The translations under genes and the position numbers were made by a program. The notes below the pieces were generated by a model that saw nothing but the letters and a program-made list of their open reading frames with translations, did not search any database and had not been told where the DNA came from. From Eledone cirrhosa (taxonomy: Eukaryota): a stretch of DNA of 64,000 nucleotides. The stretch lies in contig OZ024742.1 of NCBI GenBank assembly GCA_964016885.1, positions 42,346,001 through 42,410,000 of the forward strand. Reading direction: 5' to 3'. Positions 27,253-40,465 of this stretch are shown one piece after another (position 1 is the first letter of the stretch; every line of letters starts with the position of its first letter).

Positions 27253-27922
27253 AACAGCAATGTTACATGGTAGTGAGACCTGGGCGCTGTCTGTGGAAGA
27301 CTTGCGTAGATTAGAAAGAAACGAAGCCTGCATGCTCCGATGGATGTGTAATAGTAATATACGCAAACGGCAAAGCATAAATGAATTGAGAGAGAGACTG
27401 AGCATAAGAGGAATCAAATTCTGTGTGCAGGAGAGGTGGTTGCGTTGGTATGGACATGTAATGCGTATGAAGGATGACAGCTGCATAAAAAGGTGCAGAG
27501 CATTAGAAGTCGATGGAAACCGCGGAGTGGGGAGACCCAAGAAGACCTGGGATGAGGTGATAAAAGCCGACCTTACCCAATTACACCTCTCAAAGGCGAT
27601 GACATACGACCGTGACCTCTGGCGTCACACAGTAATACAGAAGACCCAACCCCCCATGGGTACAAGCTGAAGCATATAGACAATATGCCCCCACACCCTC
27701 CCACTGCAAAGTGGACGTGTAGGCGCCATGGAAAAAAAGTACCCAGCACTCACTGTAAATGAGGTTGGTGTTAGGAAGGGCATCAAGCTGTAGAAATCAA
27801 GCCAGAATCAGTTCCCGTATGAGTAAGGCAGGGTCATCCGACCGGACACTGTCCACAACAGGACAACCTGTCTAACCCATGCTAGCGTGGAAGAACGGAC
27901 GTAAAACTGATGATGATGATGA
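27253..27922 (+). mobile_element. RTE LINE 3' fragment
   Basis: TAMLHGSETW...RWYGHV coding end, same 3' UTR as the 28744-30563 copy, (GAT)n tail. Confidence 0.92.
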
Positions 27923-28743
27923 TATATATACATACATATATATTAAGAATAACCGTTAAAAACTTTACTTTTCTTTGATATTATTTTTTCTCCAAGAAAA
28001 ACTTTGTTTTCTTATGTCATACCTGGAATACTTGTCATATCATTGCAGCTTAAATATAGCTATCTTAGGCTGAAAAAACAGCAATGTGTGTGTGTATATA
28101 TATAAACCCAAACTCTATCAACCCTTTCACCATCTCTTCACCTATCAGGCACCTAACCATTGTCTTATCATGAATACCAGCTCCTATCTACCAACTACAT
28201 AACATCCTCTATTTATCAAACTTTATACCAACTCAAGCCGGCTGGCTTTTCAGAGCCTTGCTCTTTCTGGCAGCTCTTGCACCTCATTCTTGACATATTA
28301 GTAATGGCTAAGTAAGGGACTGAAACCATCCCCTTAGGTATGTTTCTCCACATCCCACTTTCAACCAAAATTCTTCCCTAAAAGTGATTTACTCATAGCT
28401 GCTCTCCAACAATTCATCCCTACCTTCCAAAAAAACCTTACATTCAACAATGGTTGGAGAAAATCACCTATCTTTTACTAACACAAAGGCTTTTATACAT
28501 CATAACTCCAGCAGCACCATCACCCACATAGTGAAAAATGCTTTCATACATTACTCTCCCACTTCTCAAACTGCAACCAGTTCTTTCGATCTCTTGCCAA
28601 AAGAATCTCTGTCGACTTTGAAGAATCTTCCTATCCTCAACTTTTCTACTGCAAAAAAAGCCCCACATCTGCCGCTTGCTTTGCATCTAATTTCATGCTG
28701 CATCCACACGCTCAGTAAACTATTTTTTCATTCCACTCAGTTT

Positions 28744-30563
28744 CATCATCATCATCATCATCACCGTTTTACGTCCGTTCTTCCACGCTAGCATGGGTTA
28801 GACGGGTTGTCCTGTTGTGGGCAGTGTCTGGTCGGCTGACCATGCCTTGCTCATACAGGAACTGATCTGGCTTGATTTCTACAGCTGGATGCCCTTCCTA
28901 ACACCAACCTCATTTACAGTGAGTGCTGGGTGCTTTTTTGTGGCGCCTACACGTTCACTTTACAGTGTGGGCTGGGTGCTTTTTTGCCGTGGCACCTCCA
29001 CGACCACCTTGCGGTGGGGGGAGTGGGGGCATATTGTTTATATGCTTCAGCATGTACCCATGGGAGGTCGGGTACCCTGTATTACTGCGTGACGCCAGAA
29101 GTCACGGTTGTGTGTCATTGTCTTTGAGAGGTGTAGTTGGGTAAGGTCGGCTTTTATCACCTCATCCCAAGTCATCTTGGGTCTCCCCACTCCGCGGTTT
29201 CCATCAACTTCTAGTGCTCTGCACCTTTTTATGCAGCTGTCATCCTTCATACGCATCACATGTCCATACCAGCGTAACCGCCTCTCCTGCACGCAGCATT
29301 TGATTCCTCTTATGCTCAGTCTCTCTCTCAATTCCTTTATGCTTTGTCGTTCACGTATATTACTGTTACACATCCATCGGAGCATGCAGGCTTCGTTTCT
29401 CTCTAATCTACGTAAGTCTTCCACCTTCAGCGCCCAGGTCTCACTACCATGCAACATCGCTGTTCGGATACACGTATCATACAGTCTGCCTTTCATTCTG
29501 AGGGAGAAGCCTTTTGCAGCTAGCAGTGGTAGTAGTTCCCTAAACTTCTTCCATCCCGTTCTTACCCTAGTTATTGTACTTTCTGAGCACCCACCTCCGT
29601 TGCTAATTCGGTCACCTAGGTAGCAGAAGCTGTCTACTGTTTCTACAGGGCCCTCCCAGAGATTGGTGGTACTTGTTTCCTGTGGCTGTTTGCTTGCTGT
29701 TTCAGCACAGCTGCTGCATGTGAATCCTACATTCTTAATTAAGCTTCCTGAGATCCCGCTACATCTCTTGTGTACCCATTGTTTGCATTTGGGGCAGAGA
29801 ATGGAGTTCCTACCTACACCTTTCCTACATACTGAGCAAGGCCATTTCCCTGAGAGGATCTGGGTTCTGTTTTCTCGTCTACTTACAAGGACCTTAGTCT
29901 TTGTCATGTTGACTTTGAGGCCCTTTCTCTCTAGTCCCTGCTTCCAGGTTTGGAATTTATTCTCTAGTTCTACCATAGATTCAGCTATGAGTGCGAGGTC
30001 ATCAGCATACAGGAGTTCCCATGGGCATCCGGTCTTAAACTCCTCCGTTATTGCCTGCAGGACTATGATGAACAGGAGAGCGCTAAGAACAGAGCCCTGG
30101 TGGACCCCAACCTGTACGCTAAATTCCTCGCTATACTCATTGCTAATCCTAACTTTGCTGACTGCTCCCCTATACATGGCTTGTACCGCTTTCACAAGCC
30201 ATTCATCTACTCCTAGTTTTCTAAGAGCCCACCAGATTACTGCACGTGGAACTCTGTCAAAGGCTTTCTCAAGGTCGACAAATGCCAAGTAGAGTGGCTT
30301 ACTTTTAGCTAGGTACTTTTCCTGTAATTGCCTCACTAGGAAGAGGGCATCAGTGGTGCCTCTCCCTGGTACAAACCCAAATTGCATCTCGTCTATATTC
30401 ACCCGGTCCCTAATCAGCTGTGCTATAACTCTTTCTGTTACTTTCATGACCTGGTCCATCAACTTTATACCTCTATAGTTTCCTCTATCTAGTGCATCGC
30501 CTTTACCTTTGTAGCAGTTGACAATGATGCTACTGCACCAATCTTTTGGTATGGCCCCTTACC
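28744..30563 (-). mobile_element. 5'-truncated RTE LINE
   Basis: Uninterrupted RT/C-terminal ORF 29047-30462; (GAT)n tail at 28744-28762. Confidence 0.95.
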
Positions 30564-30569
30564 AGTACA

Positions 30570-31040
30570 TATATGTAGAGCCAAATGTGAAAGCACCTTT
30601 GGTTACTTCTAACCAACACTTTAATTCCTCAATGAGGATATATTCAGATATTTGGAAACATGTGATTATGTTTCATTCTAAAGAAGGGCAATCCTGCTGA
30701 CTATCATCCTATCACATTCACTTCTAAAATCTCAAAGTTAATGGAAACAGTCTCAAACAACAACCTTCTCCAACACCTTCAAGCAATTCCTCATGAGTGA
30801 TCCTACTGGAGACCCACTCTTCTTCCACTTTGTCACTTGAGAAACCTTTTAAAAAGCATTTAACGGTGTTTGGCTCACTAATTTCCCCAGTTAAACTGCT
30901 TGTCTACGGCTCTCTCTATCGCTTGTCCCTTGGATGAGTAGCTTCCTGTCTGATCATATTACAGTAGGTTTTTTTTCTCTGACCCATCCTCCATCAACAC
31001 TGGTATGCCCCATGGCTCAGTTTTGTACCAACCAAACTCT
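30570..31040 (+). mobile_element. Degraded CR1/Jockey-group RT fragment
   Basis: Remnants WMSSFLSD and SINTGMPHGSVL (GVPQGSVL). Confidence 0.55.
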
Positions 31041-32081
31041 TTCTCCTAAAGAAGAAACCAGCTTTGTTGCAATAGGAGAGAAGGATGGGCTCCACCAGGT
31101 GTCAAATGACCAAGATACACCATATTTAGTGACAGCATCCTTACAACTCCAGGAATTTAAACCCTGTTGTATGTTGGAAGATCCTCAATATATGATGTGG
31201 TGCCTCAGGTGACTGTCTAAGTTGCCAGTACGTTCAGCTGGCTCTACTAGTAGTTTTCAGTGTGCTAAGCAGTCAAAGTATATGATAAAGTTATATCTCT
31301 ATACCTGTTCGAAAATACATATTTGGCATGTTTACATGTGTATATATTAAAAACAAATTTATATACACATTTATACAGTTTCAGTTACCTCTCTTCTATA
31401 TTTGCTTTCTACTTGGAAACCCTGGTCAAGTGCTTCATGGTTCTTTTTTTCTATTTTCAATTTGAAATAGTCACTGTCACATGATACTGAAAGTGGAGCT
31501 TGCTACTGTAATGGTGAGTTCAAACCAAGACAGTAGGCTTGTACTGATCTGTTCCGATGAGGCTACTATCTCGCTGATGAAGCTGCTCTTAGCCAATTAT
31601 GTAATGCTTAATAGCATTACCTAATTTCTGTGCATGCCAGCTCCATATGGACTAGCAGAAACTAATGCATAAATTCAGGGCTAGAGAATCAAACTCTATA
31701 CCCAAACAAAATCATTTTTCTCAGTATTTAACGTATTAGTATGCACTCTACTTTCCTTTTGGTTGGTATCTTAATGATACTGGCTTAATTAAAGCATTGA
31801 GTGAGTAGGAAAATGACCGAAGGCATTTTGGTCCTAAATTCATTTCAGTATTATTATTGAGTTATGGCCCTTTATGTTCTGAGTTCAAATGCTGCTAAGG
31901 TTAGCGTTGCCTTTCATCCTTATGGGGTTGATAAAATAAAGCACCAGTAATGCACTGGGGTCTATTTAATCGACTTTCCCCTCCCTCCAAAATTACTGGC
32001 CTTATGCCTTATCATTATTATTAATGTACTGGGGTAATTGCTGGCTTTGTGCCAAAAGTAGAAATTATTATTATTATTATA

Positions 32082-32290
32082 GGGCGGTGAATTGGCAGTA
32101 TCAGTAGAGGGTCGGACGCCATGCTTTGACGCATAGAGTTACGGTCCTTGCTATTCTGAGTTCAAATCCCGCCGAGGTTAACTTTGCCTTTCGTCCTTAC
32201 GGAGTCGATAAAACAAAGTACCAGTAATGCACTGGGTATTTGCTGGCCTTGTGCCAAAAGTAGAAACAATTATTATTATTATTATTATTA
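32082..32290 (+). mobile_element. tRNA-derived SINE (octopod type), full-length
   Basis: GGCGGTGAATTGGCAG head, B-box GAGTTCAAATCCC, body GTCGATAAAA.AAAGTACCAGT, (ATT)n tail. The family recurs more than 15 times in the window. Confidence 0.88.
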
Positions 32291-34690
32291 TGCAGGCTTG
32301 GAAAGCATGACGGGATGGGGGAAGTAGAGAAGACTATCAAGTGGCCAGGAGAGAAGCTAGGAGACAAGTGTACTTCGCAAGAAGGGACGCAGAGGAAAGA
32401 AATTTCAAGCATGTTCTACAACGCGAGGACCAAAAACGTGAGGTGTTCAGGATTGCTAGGCAATGTGTCAAGGAAAACAGTGATATTGTCGGGGAGAAGT
32501 GTGTCCTAAATGATGATGGTGTACTTGCCATCACTGACGCTGATAAGAAGGTAGCTTGGAAGTGTCACTACGAAAGGCTACTAAATGAGGAGAATTGGGA
32601 GAAAGACAATCTCCCCCACATCGACCCAATAGAGGGACCAGCAGTGCAAGTTAAAGGTAGTTTAATAAGTAAGGCGATCAAAGACATGAAGATGGGCAAG
32701 GCGGCCGGGCCTTCGGAAATAGTTGCCGAAATGCTGAAAGCATTTGGAACGGTGGGACACACTATGGTCACCCGGATAGTAAACCAAGTCATACAGAATG
32801 GGGTCGTTCTGAAGGACTGGCGCAGCAGCATCATCATTAACTGCTACAAGGGTAAAGGTGATGCCCTAGATAGGGGAAACTATAGAGGCATTAAATTAAT
32901 TGACCAGGTCATGAAGGTCACAGAAAAAGTAATAGCGCAACTAATCAGAGAGCGAATTGATCTAGACGAAATGCAGTTCGGGTTTGTGTCGGGTAAAAGT
33001 ACAACAGACGCTCTTTTCATTGTACGACAACTACAGGAGAAGTACCTAGCTAAAAGTAAACCCCTATACTTAGCTTTTGTTGACTTGGAGAAAGCCTTTG
33101 ACAGAGTACCCCGCTCGATTATCTGGTGGGCCCTTAGAAAACTAGGTGTTGATGAATGGCTTGTGAGAGCTATACAAGCCATGTATAAAGAAACAGTCAG
33201 CAAGGTTAGAATTAACAACGAATATAGTGAAGAGTTTAGCGTAAAAGTTGGTGTTCATCAGGGCTCCGTCCTTAGCCCCCTACTATTTATTATTGCCCTT
33301 CAGGCTATAACAGAGGAGTTCAAGACCGGCTGCCCATGGGAACTCCTATATGCAGATGATCTAACGCTCATAGCTGAATCAATGGCTGAACTAGAGAAGA
33401 AATTCCAAACATGGAAGCATGGCCTAGAATCAAAAGGCCTTAAAGTTAACTTGTCTAAGACTAAAGTTCTAGTTTGTAGGAAGGAAAATAGGGCACCGGT
33501 CCCATCTGGGAAATGGCCATGCTCAGTGTGTAGAAAAGGAGTAGGTAGAAACTCCATTTTATGTCCCAAATGCAAAGTATGGGTACATAAAAGATGAAGT
33601 GGGATCACAGGTAAGCTAAGAATATAGATTTCATATGTGGCCGGTGCTCTGGTGCAATAAGTAGCAGCAAGTGCCCACAGAATACTAACTCATTCCATTG
33701 CACAGATGGTTCTATAGAAATAGTGGACAGCTTCCGTTACCTGGGTGATAAAATCAGCAGTGGAGGAGGGTGCTCTGAAAGTACAGTAGCTAGAGTCAGA
33801 ACGGGATGGAAAAAGTTCAGAGAGCTTATACCACTATTGGCCGCTAAAGGGTTCTCTCTAAAAATGAAAGGCAGGCTGTATGATGCCTGCATACGAACAG
33901 CAATGTTACATGGCAGTGAGACCTGGACATTGTGTGCAGAGGATATACGCAGACTGGAGAGAAACGAAGCTTGCATGCTCCGCTGGATGTGTAATAGTAA
34001 TATACGTGAACGGCAAAGCATAAACGAACTAAGGGAGAAATTAGAAATAAGAGGGATCAGATGTTGTTTACTCGAGAGAAGACTACGTTGGTATGGTCAC
34101 GTGATGTGCATGAAGACGACAGCTGTATAAAAAAGTGCAGGGCAATAAAAATAGACGGTAGCCACGGAGTAGGCAAACCCAGAAAAACCTGGGACGACTT
34201 GATAAATTCCGACCTCACACACTTACACCTCTCTAAGACAATGTCACTGGACCGAGATCTTTGGCACTACACAGTAATAGAGAAGACCCGCCTTACCTAA
34301 GTGCAAAGTGAAACCTACTACAGTCAGTAGGCACCTCTAACAAAATACGCCCCCGCCCCACTACCCCCACCCCATCCACACCACCCCTTTCAATGTAAAG
34401 TTATGTTGGTACCACAACATCCAGCCCGAAACAAATGAGGTCATGTAGGTGTCACGACAAAAAAACACACAGTCCACACTGTAATGTGGCCGTGTAGGTA
34501 ACACGGTAAAAACCTCCCAGTTCCACACTGTAAATGTGGTTGGTGTTAGGAAGGGCATCCAGCCGTAGAAAACCCACCAGACAGTCCTATGCGAGCAAGA
34601 CAACCACTCTTGCCTCAAGTGGGAAAACCCCCGTCCAAACCCATGCGAGCGTGGAATATGGACGTTAAACGAAGATGATGATGATGATGA
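32290..34690 (+). mobile_element. 5'-truncated RTE LINE with long 3' UTR
   Basis: RT ORF 32341-33597 (YADD), further fragments to 34300, 3' UTR ending GGACGTTAAAC(GAT)n. Confidence 0.95.
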
Positions 34691-35268
34691 TTATATATGT
34701 GAGTGTGTGGACTCAGAAGTTGGGAAAAAAGGGGCCAATTGTCAGATCTGCCCAAGGAAACTGTTTCTGTTAGTCTTTACATTGCTGATACTATCTACCA
34801 GTTACAACAGCTTGCAGAAGGAGGCATGGTTTGAATTCAGAATGTACAGAGCTGAGTCAAATACTGCAAAGCATCATGTCCAACTCTTTAACAATTTCAC
34901 CAGTCCACTGTCCCTGGATGTCTACTTTATTTATCAACCCCAACATGATAAAAGTCAAAGTTGATTTCAACAGGATTAGAACTCAGCATGCCAATAGCCA
35001 GAATAACTACTGAGGCAATTCACTGCATGACACTAAAAAGTGATATTAACAAACAAAAGTGAGTAAAACAAAACCATACAAACACAAAAACAAATCTGGA
35101 AAAAAATGATTTTTTTAAAAACAAATTTAAAATAAGCAAAACACAAACAAAAATCAGGCACAAAAAAGGACATTTTTATTTCTGCAGTAAATGAACTGCA
35201 AAATATAAATAATTTGAGAAGTTCTTGCAACATTGTATGTTGGGAATTTGCTGTCATTTTTTGTTTAA

Positions 35269-35458
35269 CCCTTTAGCATTTAAACCGACCGTATCCAGGC
35301 AGAATTCGCTCACCTCTTTCTGTTCAAACCGGCTGCTCATACTTATGTTAAAATATTGTTCTCAAGATAAATTACATCAAAATCTCAGATTTAATATTAT
35401 GTGAGATAATTATATGAAAATACATTAGTAAATGTAAAGTAATGTAAATCCTAAAGGG
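35269..35458. mobile_element. TTAA-flanked piggyBac-type MITE
   Basis: TTAA|CCCTTTAGCATTTA ... TAAATCCTAAAGGG|TTAA; relatives at ~43817-44030 and split around the RTE at ~48647-52130. Confidence 0.82.
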
Positions 35459-36027
35459 TTAAATGTTGGAACAGAAAAAGTATTTTCCAAATTATAAATG
35501 CAGTTTGTAGAAATGGGATGGCTGGGTATACATGATTTTGGAATATTTGAGTCACAAGTTATCAGTACAAATACACTACATGTCTTGGCTAAACATTTTA
35601 TTCTACATTGTTTTAGTCCACCAACTTAGCTGGTGAAAAGAGGTGACAGATCATTTAAAAATGTTATTTGCAATTGATGGGTTATCTGTCAATATGATGA
35701 GCATTCAGTTGTTAGATCAACTGAATGTCAAACTCATAAATTACCTGCAATAGACTGACATTCAACCCAAGCAAAGAGGGAAAATGTAGATTTATCTATC
35801 TTGTCAGTTTTGTGCTATGAAATCACAGCTAAACACTGACCTTCAGGGAGCTCTTCACATACTTATTTATTCCTTTATTTCATCAATAGGTGCTTCTTTA
35901 CAATGATAAAAAAAAGTTAGATTTTAAAGAAAAATTGTATGATCTTCAAACAATTCAACCTTTGATACTTGACTGATGAAAATATTTTCAATTAAGAATA
36001 CCAGTTCATTTTTCAGAAGAGTTGTAA

Positions 36028-36222
36028 CTAAATTATTGAGGAGGATTGTGTGTCAGTGGTTTCAGAGATTTGCTCTTGTCCATTGATAGATATTTCAATC
36101 TCACTTGAACTACATATGGAATCATTTGGGATCAGTTTACAACACACCATTTTGGAACACTGCTCATTGTTGCAAATGTTTCTCAAAAGACATTCCTCGG
36201 AATTTTCATCATATTCATCCAC
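36028..36222 (-). CDS. SLC30A1-like: SLC30/ZnT1-like, last coding exon with Cys-rich tail
   Basis: Acceptor aaacag|, ECLLRNICNNEQCSKMVCC resembles the C..C....C...CC tail of ZnT1. The six exons sum to 1179 nt = 392 aa plus stop. Confidence 0.8.
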   Translation of the reverse strand: MDEYDENSEECLLRNICNNEQCSKMVCCKLIPNDSICSSSEIEISINGQEQISETTDTQSSSII

Positions 36223-36563
36223 CTGTTTGAACAAAATATATTTAAAATATTGATTATATACATATATACACATATATATAGGCAGCGAATTGGCCGAGTC
36301 ATTAGAATGTCAGATAGAATGTTTTGTGGTATTCATTCCAGCTCTCTGAGTTCAAATCCTGCCGAGGTCAACTTTGCCTTTCAACCTTTCGAGATTGATA
36401 AAAAAAAAAGTACCAGTCTAGTACTGGGGTCGATTCTTCCTCTATCTTACTTTCTATCTTTCTTTTGAAGAAATCTGTTGTACTCAGGCGTGGAGAAGGA
36501 TGGGCTCCACCAGGCTTAAAATGCTTAAGAAACACTAACTCTATCAGGAGTCATAGGACCGAC

Positions 36564-36596
<33 letters not shown>

Positions 36597-36955
36597 TCTT
36601 TCATTACTTTGGTATTGTGTGGTTGGGTTTTGCCTACCGCAATGTTCAATTTGTCAAGCTTTTAAACGTAATGTTATTACTCTAAGGACCTACCCTTATT
36701 GAGTGCTTTGCTAACTCATTCCTATTGTAGGTCGACTTTGCTTGGCCACAGCCAAAGCTTCGATTTTACTAAGCTTCCTCTTGTATACATATATATATAT
36801 ATGTTGGATGGTTTAACTAATGGGTAGATCTAGTCATTCCAATTAGCAGACTGTGATGCAGTAAGCAAAAGCACTCAACAATGTTTGTCTCATCCATCAT
36901 AGCTGTGGTATCTCGTGGTTGATGTAGAAAAAGGCTGGATTCCAAATATTTCTTT

Positions 36956-37028
36956 CATGTTGCAAACATCTCAATACATATTTCTATGGCTGACAGACCC
37001 ATGTCATCAGATCATGATGCAAGACATG
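36956..37028 (-). ncRNA. Degenerate type I hammerhead ribozyme motif, intronic
   Basis: CTGATGA-C-ATGG(GTCTGTCAG)CCAT-A-GAAA-TATGTA-TT with an interrupted stem I (CATG..TTGCA.CAT / ATG..TGCAA.CATG). Confidence 0.45.
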
Positions 37029-37705
37029 TGGTGACATCTTCAGGTGTAATTCATATAAAATATTTAAATGTTAAGAAATCAATTACTGGATTACAGCAAA
37101 ATATAAAGGGAGGTTGCATTGACCAATGGACTGCCTCTGTATCAATTCTTTGAAGACTGAGAATTAAGATATTTAACTATGTACATTGATATTCATTATG
37201 GTGTTGGGTGTATTTACTGATATTGTCCATGAACCCATATATAGCATATAATCATGTACTTACACTAATTCGCCTGAAAAGTAAACACCGATATAAGCAT
37301 TTCTGTTTAAATTCCAACCATGTGTTGCTACATAAAAGATGTAGTTAATATAAACACAGGTAAATTAATATTAAATCCTAGTATTTACACGGTGTTAACT
37401 TTTTTAAAGTATCCTGTCAATCAGATGTCTGTGATATATTCACGCAGTAACATGCCTGTGTTAGTACCGGCTTGTACAGTGGTTGGAGTTTATATATAAG
37501 CTTGCAAATATGACAAAGTCTAAGGTAGACTTGCTCAACTATATATGTTGATTATAGTTCCAAATGTATTATCAATCAATAAGTATACTCCAGTAAGGCA
37601 TTAATGAACATATGAGAAAGTTTATGTAGACAGTTAAATTAAACTATTTCTATAAGTTTATTCACCTATTGCTAATGTAAATGAAACTGTTTAACAAGTG
37701 TTTAA

Positions 37706-38117
37706 CCCTTTAATGTTCAAAGCAGCCAGAATTCTCAACCTTTTTCTGTTGAAACTGGCTGCAACTGGTCACTCATACTGATGTTAAGGTATTGTTCTCA
37801 AAATAAATACTTTCAAAATCTCATAGATTCGATATTATGTGAGATAAAGCATTTACCATGAAAATATAATAGTAAATATAAAATAATTGTTTCTACTATT
37901 GGCACAAGGCCAGAAATTACCCAGTACATTACTGGTACTTTATTTTATCGACCCCGTAAGGATGAAAGGCAAAGTTAACCTCGGCGGGATTTGAACTCAG
38001 AATAGCAAGGGCCGTAACTCTATGCATCAAAGCATGGCGTCCGACCCTCTACCGATACTGCCAATCCACCGCCATGTGGATTTATAGTAAATATAAAATA
38101 ATGTGAATGCTAAAGGG
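37706..38117. mobile_element. TTAA-flanked piggyBac-type MITE containing a SINE
   Basis: TTAA|CCCTTTAA ... GCTAAAGGG|TTAA; body similar to the 35269 copy. Confidence 0.8.
37885..38073 (-). mobile_element. tRNA-derived SINE nested in a TTAA MITE
   Basis: Full SINE; 19-bp duplication ATAGTAAATATAAAATAAT at 37869-37887 and 38084-38102. Confidence 0.88.
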
Positions 38118-38199
38118 TTAAATCTGCTATTACCTAATAAAGGGGTAGCCTTAAATAGGTTATAATAGTATATTAAGTTGGGGTATATTTACAATAGCA

Positions 38200-39110
38200 G
38201 AATGAGTAGAAATTCCTGTGCAAGCACATAGAAAATGTTTCAGATTTCCTACTTAAGATTGGTAAGTCTGACTTGATTATTATGAAACACTCTGTGAGAC
38301 AAAGATTACGTTTGAGGTTGGCAGGCTTGTAGGCTTGAGCAACTTTTAAAATATCCCAGTTAAGGGAGTAATCTATATTAGAATTTTTTAACTCTCATAT
38401 GAAATGGGCGAGCAAAGTAGAGTTTTTCATTTCTTAAAGGAATGGAGATGTATGTATTAACAAGAGCTATTCAAAGTTACTCCAATATATACTTTAGTGC
38501 AACAAGGTGTGGAAATAGCACATTGATACAGTATATTATTTATACAGCAATTACCCTTAAGAGAGCATGTTTCCAGGTTTCTAGATTGCAGTTAGGGTTA
38601 ACAATTTGGTTACTAGGGGCATTATGAAATGTATGCTGGTTAATCAAAGAGAATTCGCCTTGATCAGGGTTAGCATGGTTCAAATTCATCAGTGTATTTA
38701 CTTGGTTTGAGTTATTAATATTGTTAGATATTCTAAGATATTTCTTAAATTTTTGGTTATTACTAGAAGCTAAGAAGCCAGCTAAGCTGGGGATGGTTGA
38801 GAACGATAGTTTGATCATGTTTTTATTTAACAAATTATGACACTTATGGGTTTGGGGAAAGTTTTTCACTAGTATATCAAAGAACAATTTGGGTATATTA
38901 GAAGCTACATGTTTGCTGGCCTCCTATGATTAATCTTTTTAGATACAGTTAGAATATTAGCTTTTACTGATTGATAGACGTTAAAAGTGTTAGAATTGTT
39001 AGGGTTTGAAGCACTAACATGTGTCAAATGTTAGTATCAGACTAGACGTGTTTTAACTATAGTCTTTCCACCAAATTCTTCACCTTGTTCTCACTATATA
39101 ATTATATCCA
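38200..39110 (-). mobile_element. Degraded Penelope-like element 3' part (RT thumb, linker, GIY-YIG); its 3' UTR probably extends to ~36950
   Basis: FFDILVKNFPQTHK...NKNMIKLSFS, CSLKGNC..NILYQC...VYIGVT, ELKNSNIDYSLNWDIL...NLCLTE...CLHR, read across frameshifts. Confidence 0.75.
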
Positions 39111-39599
39111 TCAAGCTTTTTAATATTTTCTACATTAGATATGTGAACAGCAACTTACAACTGTTTTTTTGTTTTTTGTTTTATTGGCTTTTTTTTAATG
39201 CCAATAGCAACTCTAAATTACTGTTTGTGTTTGTTTTGCTGCAGACAAAGTGATGAAAAGTGAAATCATCAGAAATTGCAACAATCTAAATAATGTAAAT
39301 CAACTGACTCATCTCTCAACATCTCTGCGCCAAATCTATCAACACAGTAGTAGCATCTGTTGTAGTGTCAACACCAAACATTGTAATGGGAGAGAGGCTA
39401 CTGCTTTATTTTATTTTATTATAATATGTAATTGGCACAAGGCCACATATTAGTAAGAGAGCGCTTTAGCTGACCAAATTGACTACTGGATTAAATCACC
39501 ACCACCCCCTTCCCCAAATATTTGAACTAAAGGAGACTCTAATATATTTATATATTTGTGATTATAATGCAAAACACTCCTCTGAGGTATTTTCATCTC

Positions 39600-39950
39600 A
39601 GCCATCATCATCATCTTCATCAATACTTTACATTGCTGTTTCATGCTTGCATGTGTTGGAGAGGTCTTTTTCAGCACAGCATATCTCCATTTATTGTGTT
39701 CCTTTGTCATCTATGTGAGCTTCACTGATTTGAGATCAGCTTTCACCAATTCTGCCCAGGTCTTCCTTCCACTAGGATTTCTTGGCACCTTCACTCAGCA
39801 ATCGCCATCCATGCACATTACATGTCCATACCATCACAGTCTTCTCTCTTGCACACTACATATGATACCTCTTATACTCAGTTATTCTCTCAGTTCATCC
39901 ATGCTTTGTCATTCAGACACATTAACATTGCACATCCATTGAAGCATGCT
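39600..39950 (-). mobile_element. Degraded RTE 3' fragment (a second lies at ~40540-40830)
   Basis: RRLWWYGHVM-like coding remnant and GCATG...GATGATG tail. Confidence 0.7.
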
Positions 39951-40067
39951 TACATCATACAGCCATCATGTTATAATATATCTACAAAATAAAATACACT
40001 TTAGTAAAAATAGAAAGAAGAAAAAAGGGGAAGATTATACATCACATAGGGTGCTGGCGTTTCCCTT

Positions 40068-40275
40068 CTAATACTTTCTGAGGCAAGCTAACATGCTCAC
40101 AACATTACCATGGGTGATAGAAAATCTAAGGTGCTGGAATAACCAAGCACCCTCATGGGCATCACCTGATACATCGGTAAGGCAAGCCACCAACAATGAC
40201 AAGAACTTCATTGTCAGGGTTCCAGATCCCCATAACGTTTTGAACAGAACAGGCTGACAAAAAAAATAGTATGCA
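40068..40275 (-). mobile_element. CRE-like (RLE-endonuclease) non-LTR retrotransposon 3' fragment
   Basis: PVLFKTLWGSG...SGDAHEGAWLFQHLRFSITHGNVVSML matches the CRE-type terminal motif QRLS.AIQRGNA.S. Confidence 0.6.
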
Positions 40276-40285
40276 ATAAACTTAC

Positions 40286-40465
40286 ATTGCAAATTTCTGG
40301 TTGAATGGAGATATGTTGGATTCCTGCTTTCTGCAGTAGTTCTTTGATTTGAAGAAAAGAGGCAAAAAAATGGTGAGAAGTCACAACATAATGCAACGTG
40401 GCAACAACTGTGTTATCTGTTATCTGCCATATATGAAGTTCATGAACATTAAGGACACCAGGAAC
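40286..40465 (-). CDS. SLC30A1-like: SLC30/ZnT1-like, coding exon 5 (C-terminal cytosolic domain)
   Basis: Acceptor atcacag|, VPGVLNVHELHIWQI...VATLH...AGIQHISIQPE (HELHVWQL and H.TTIQPE motifs), donor |gtaagt. Confidence 0.9.

Noticed and set aside
29108-30292. Long antisense ORFs over RTE RT (also at 48781-51194)
   Set aside because: Shadow ORFs of the RT coding strand with no independent motifs.
31570-31690. Hammerhead-like CTGATGA...GCAGAAAC with internal hairpin
   Set aside because: I could not form stem I or a valid stem III/NUH site.
32082-32172. tRNA gene
   Set aside because: A- and B-box-like motifs belong to the SINE head, and no cloverleaf is supported.
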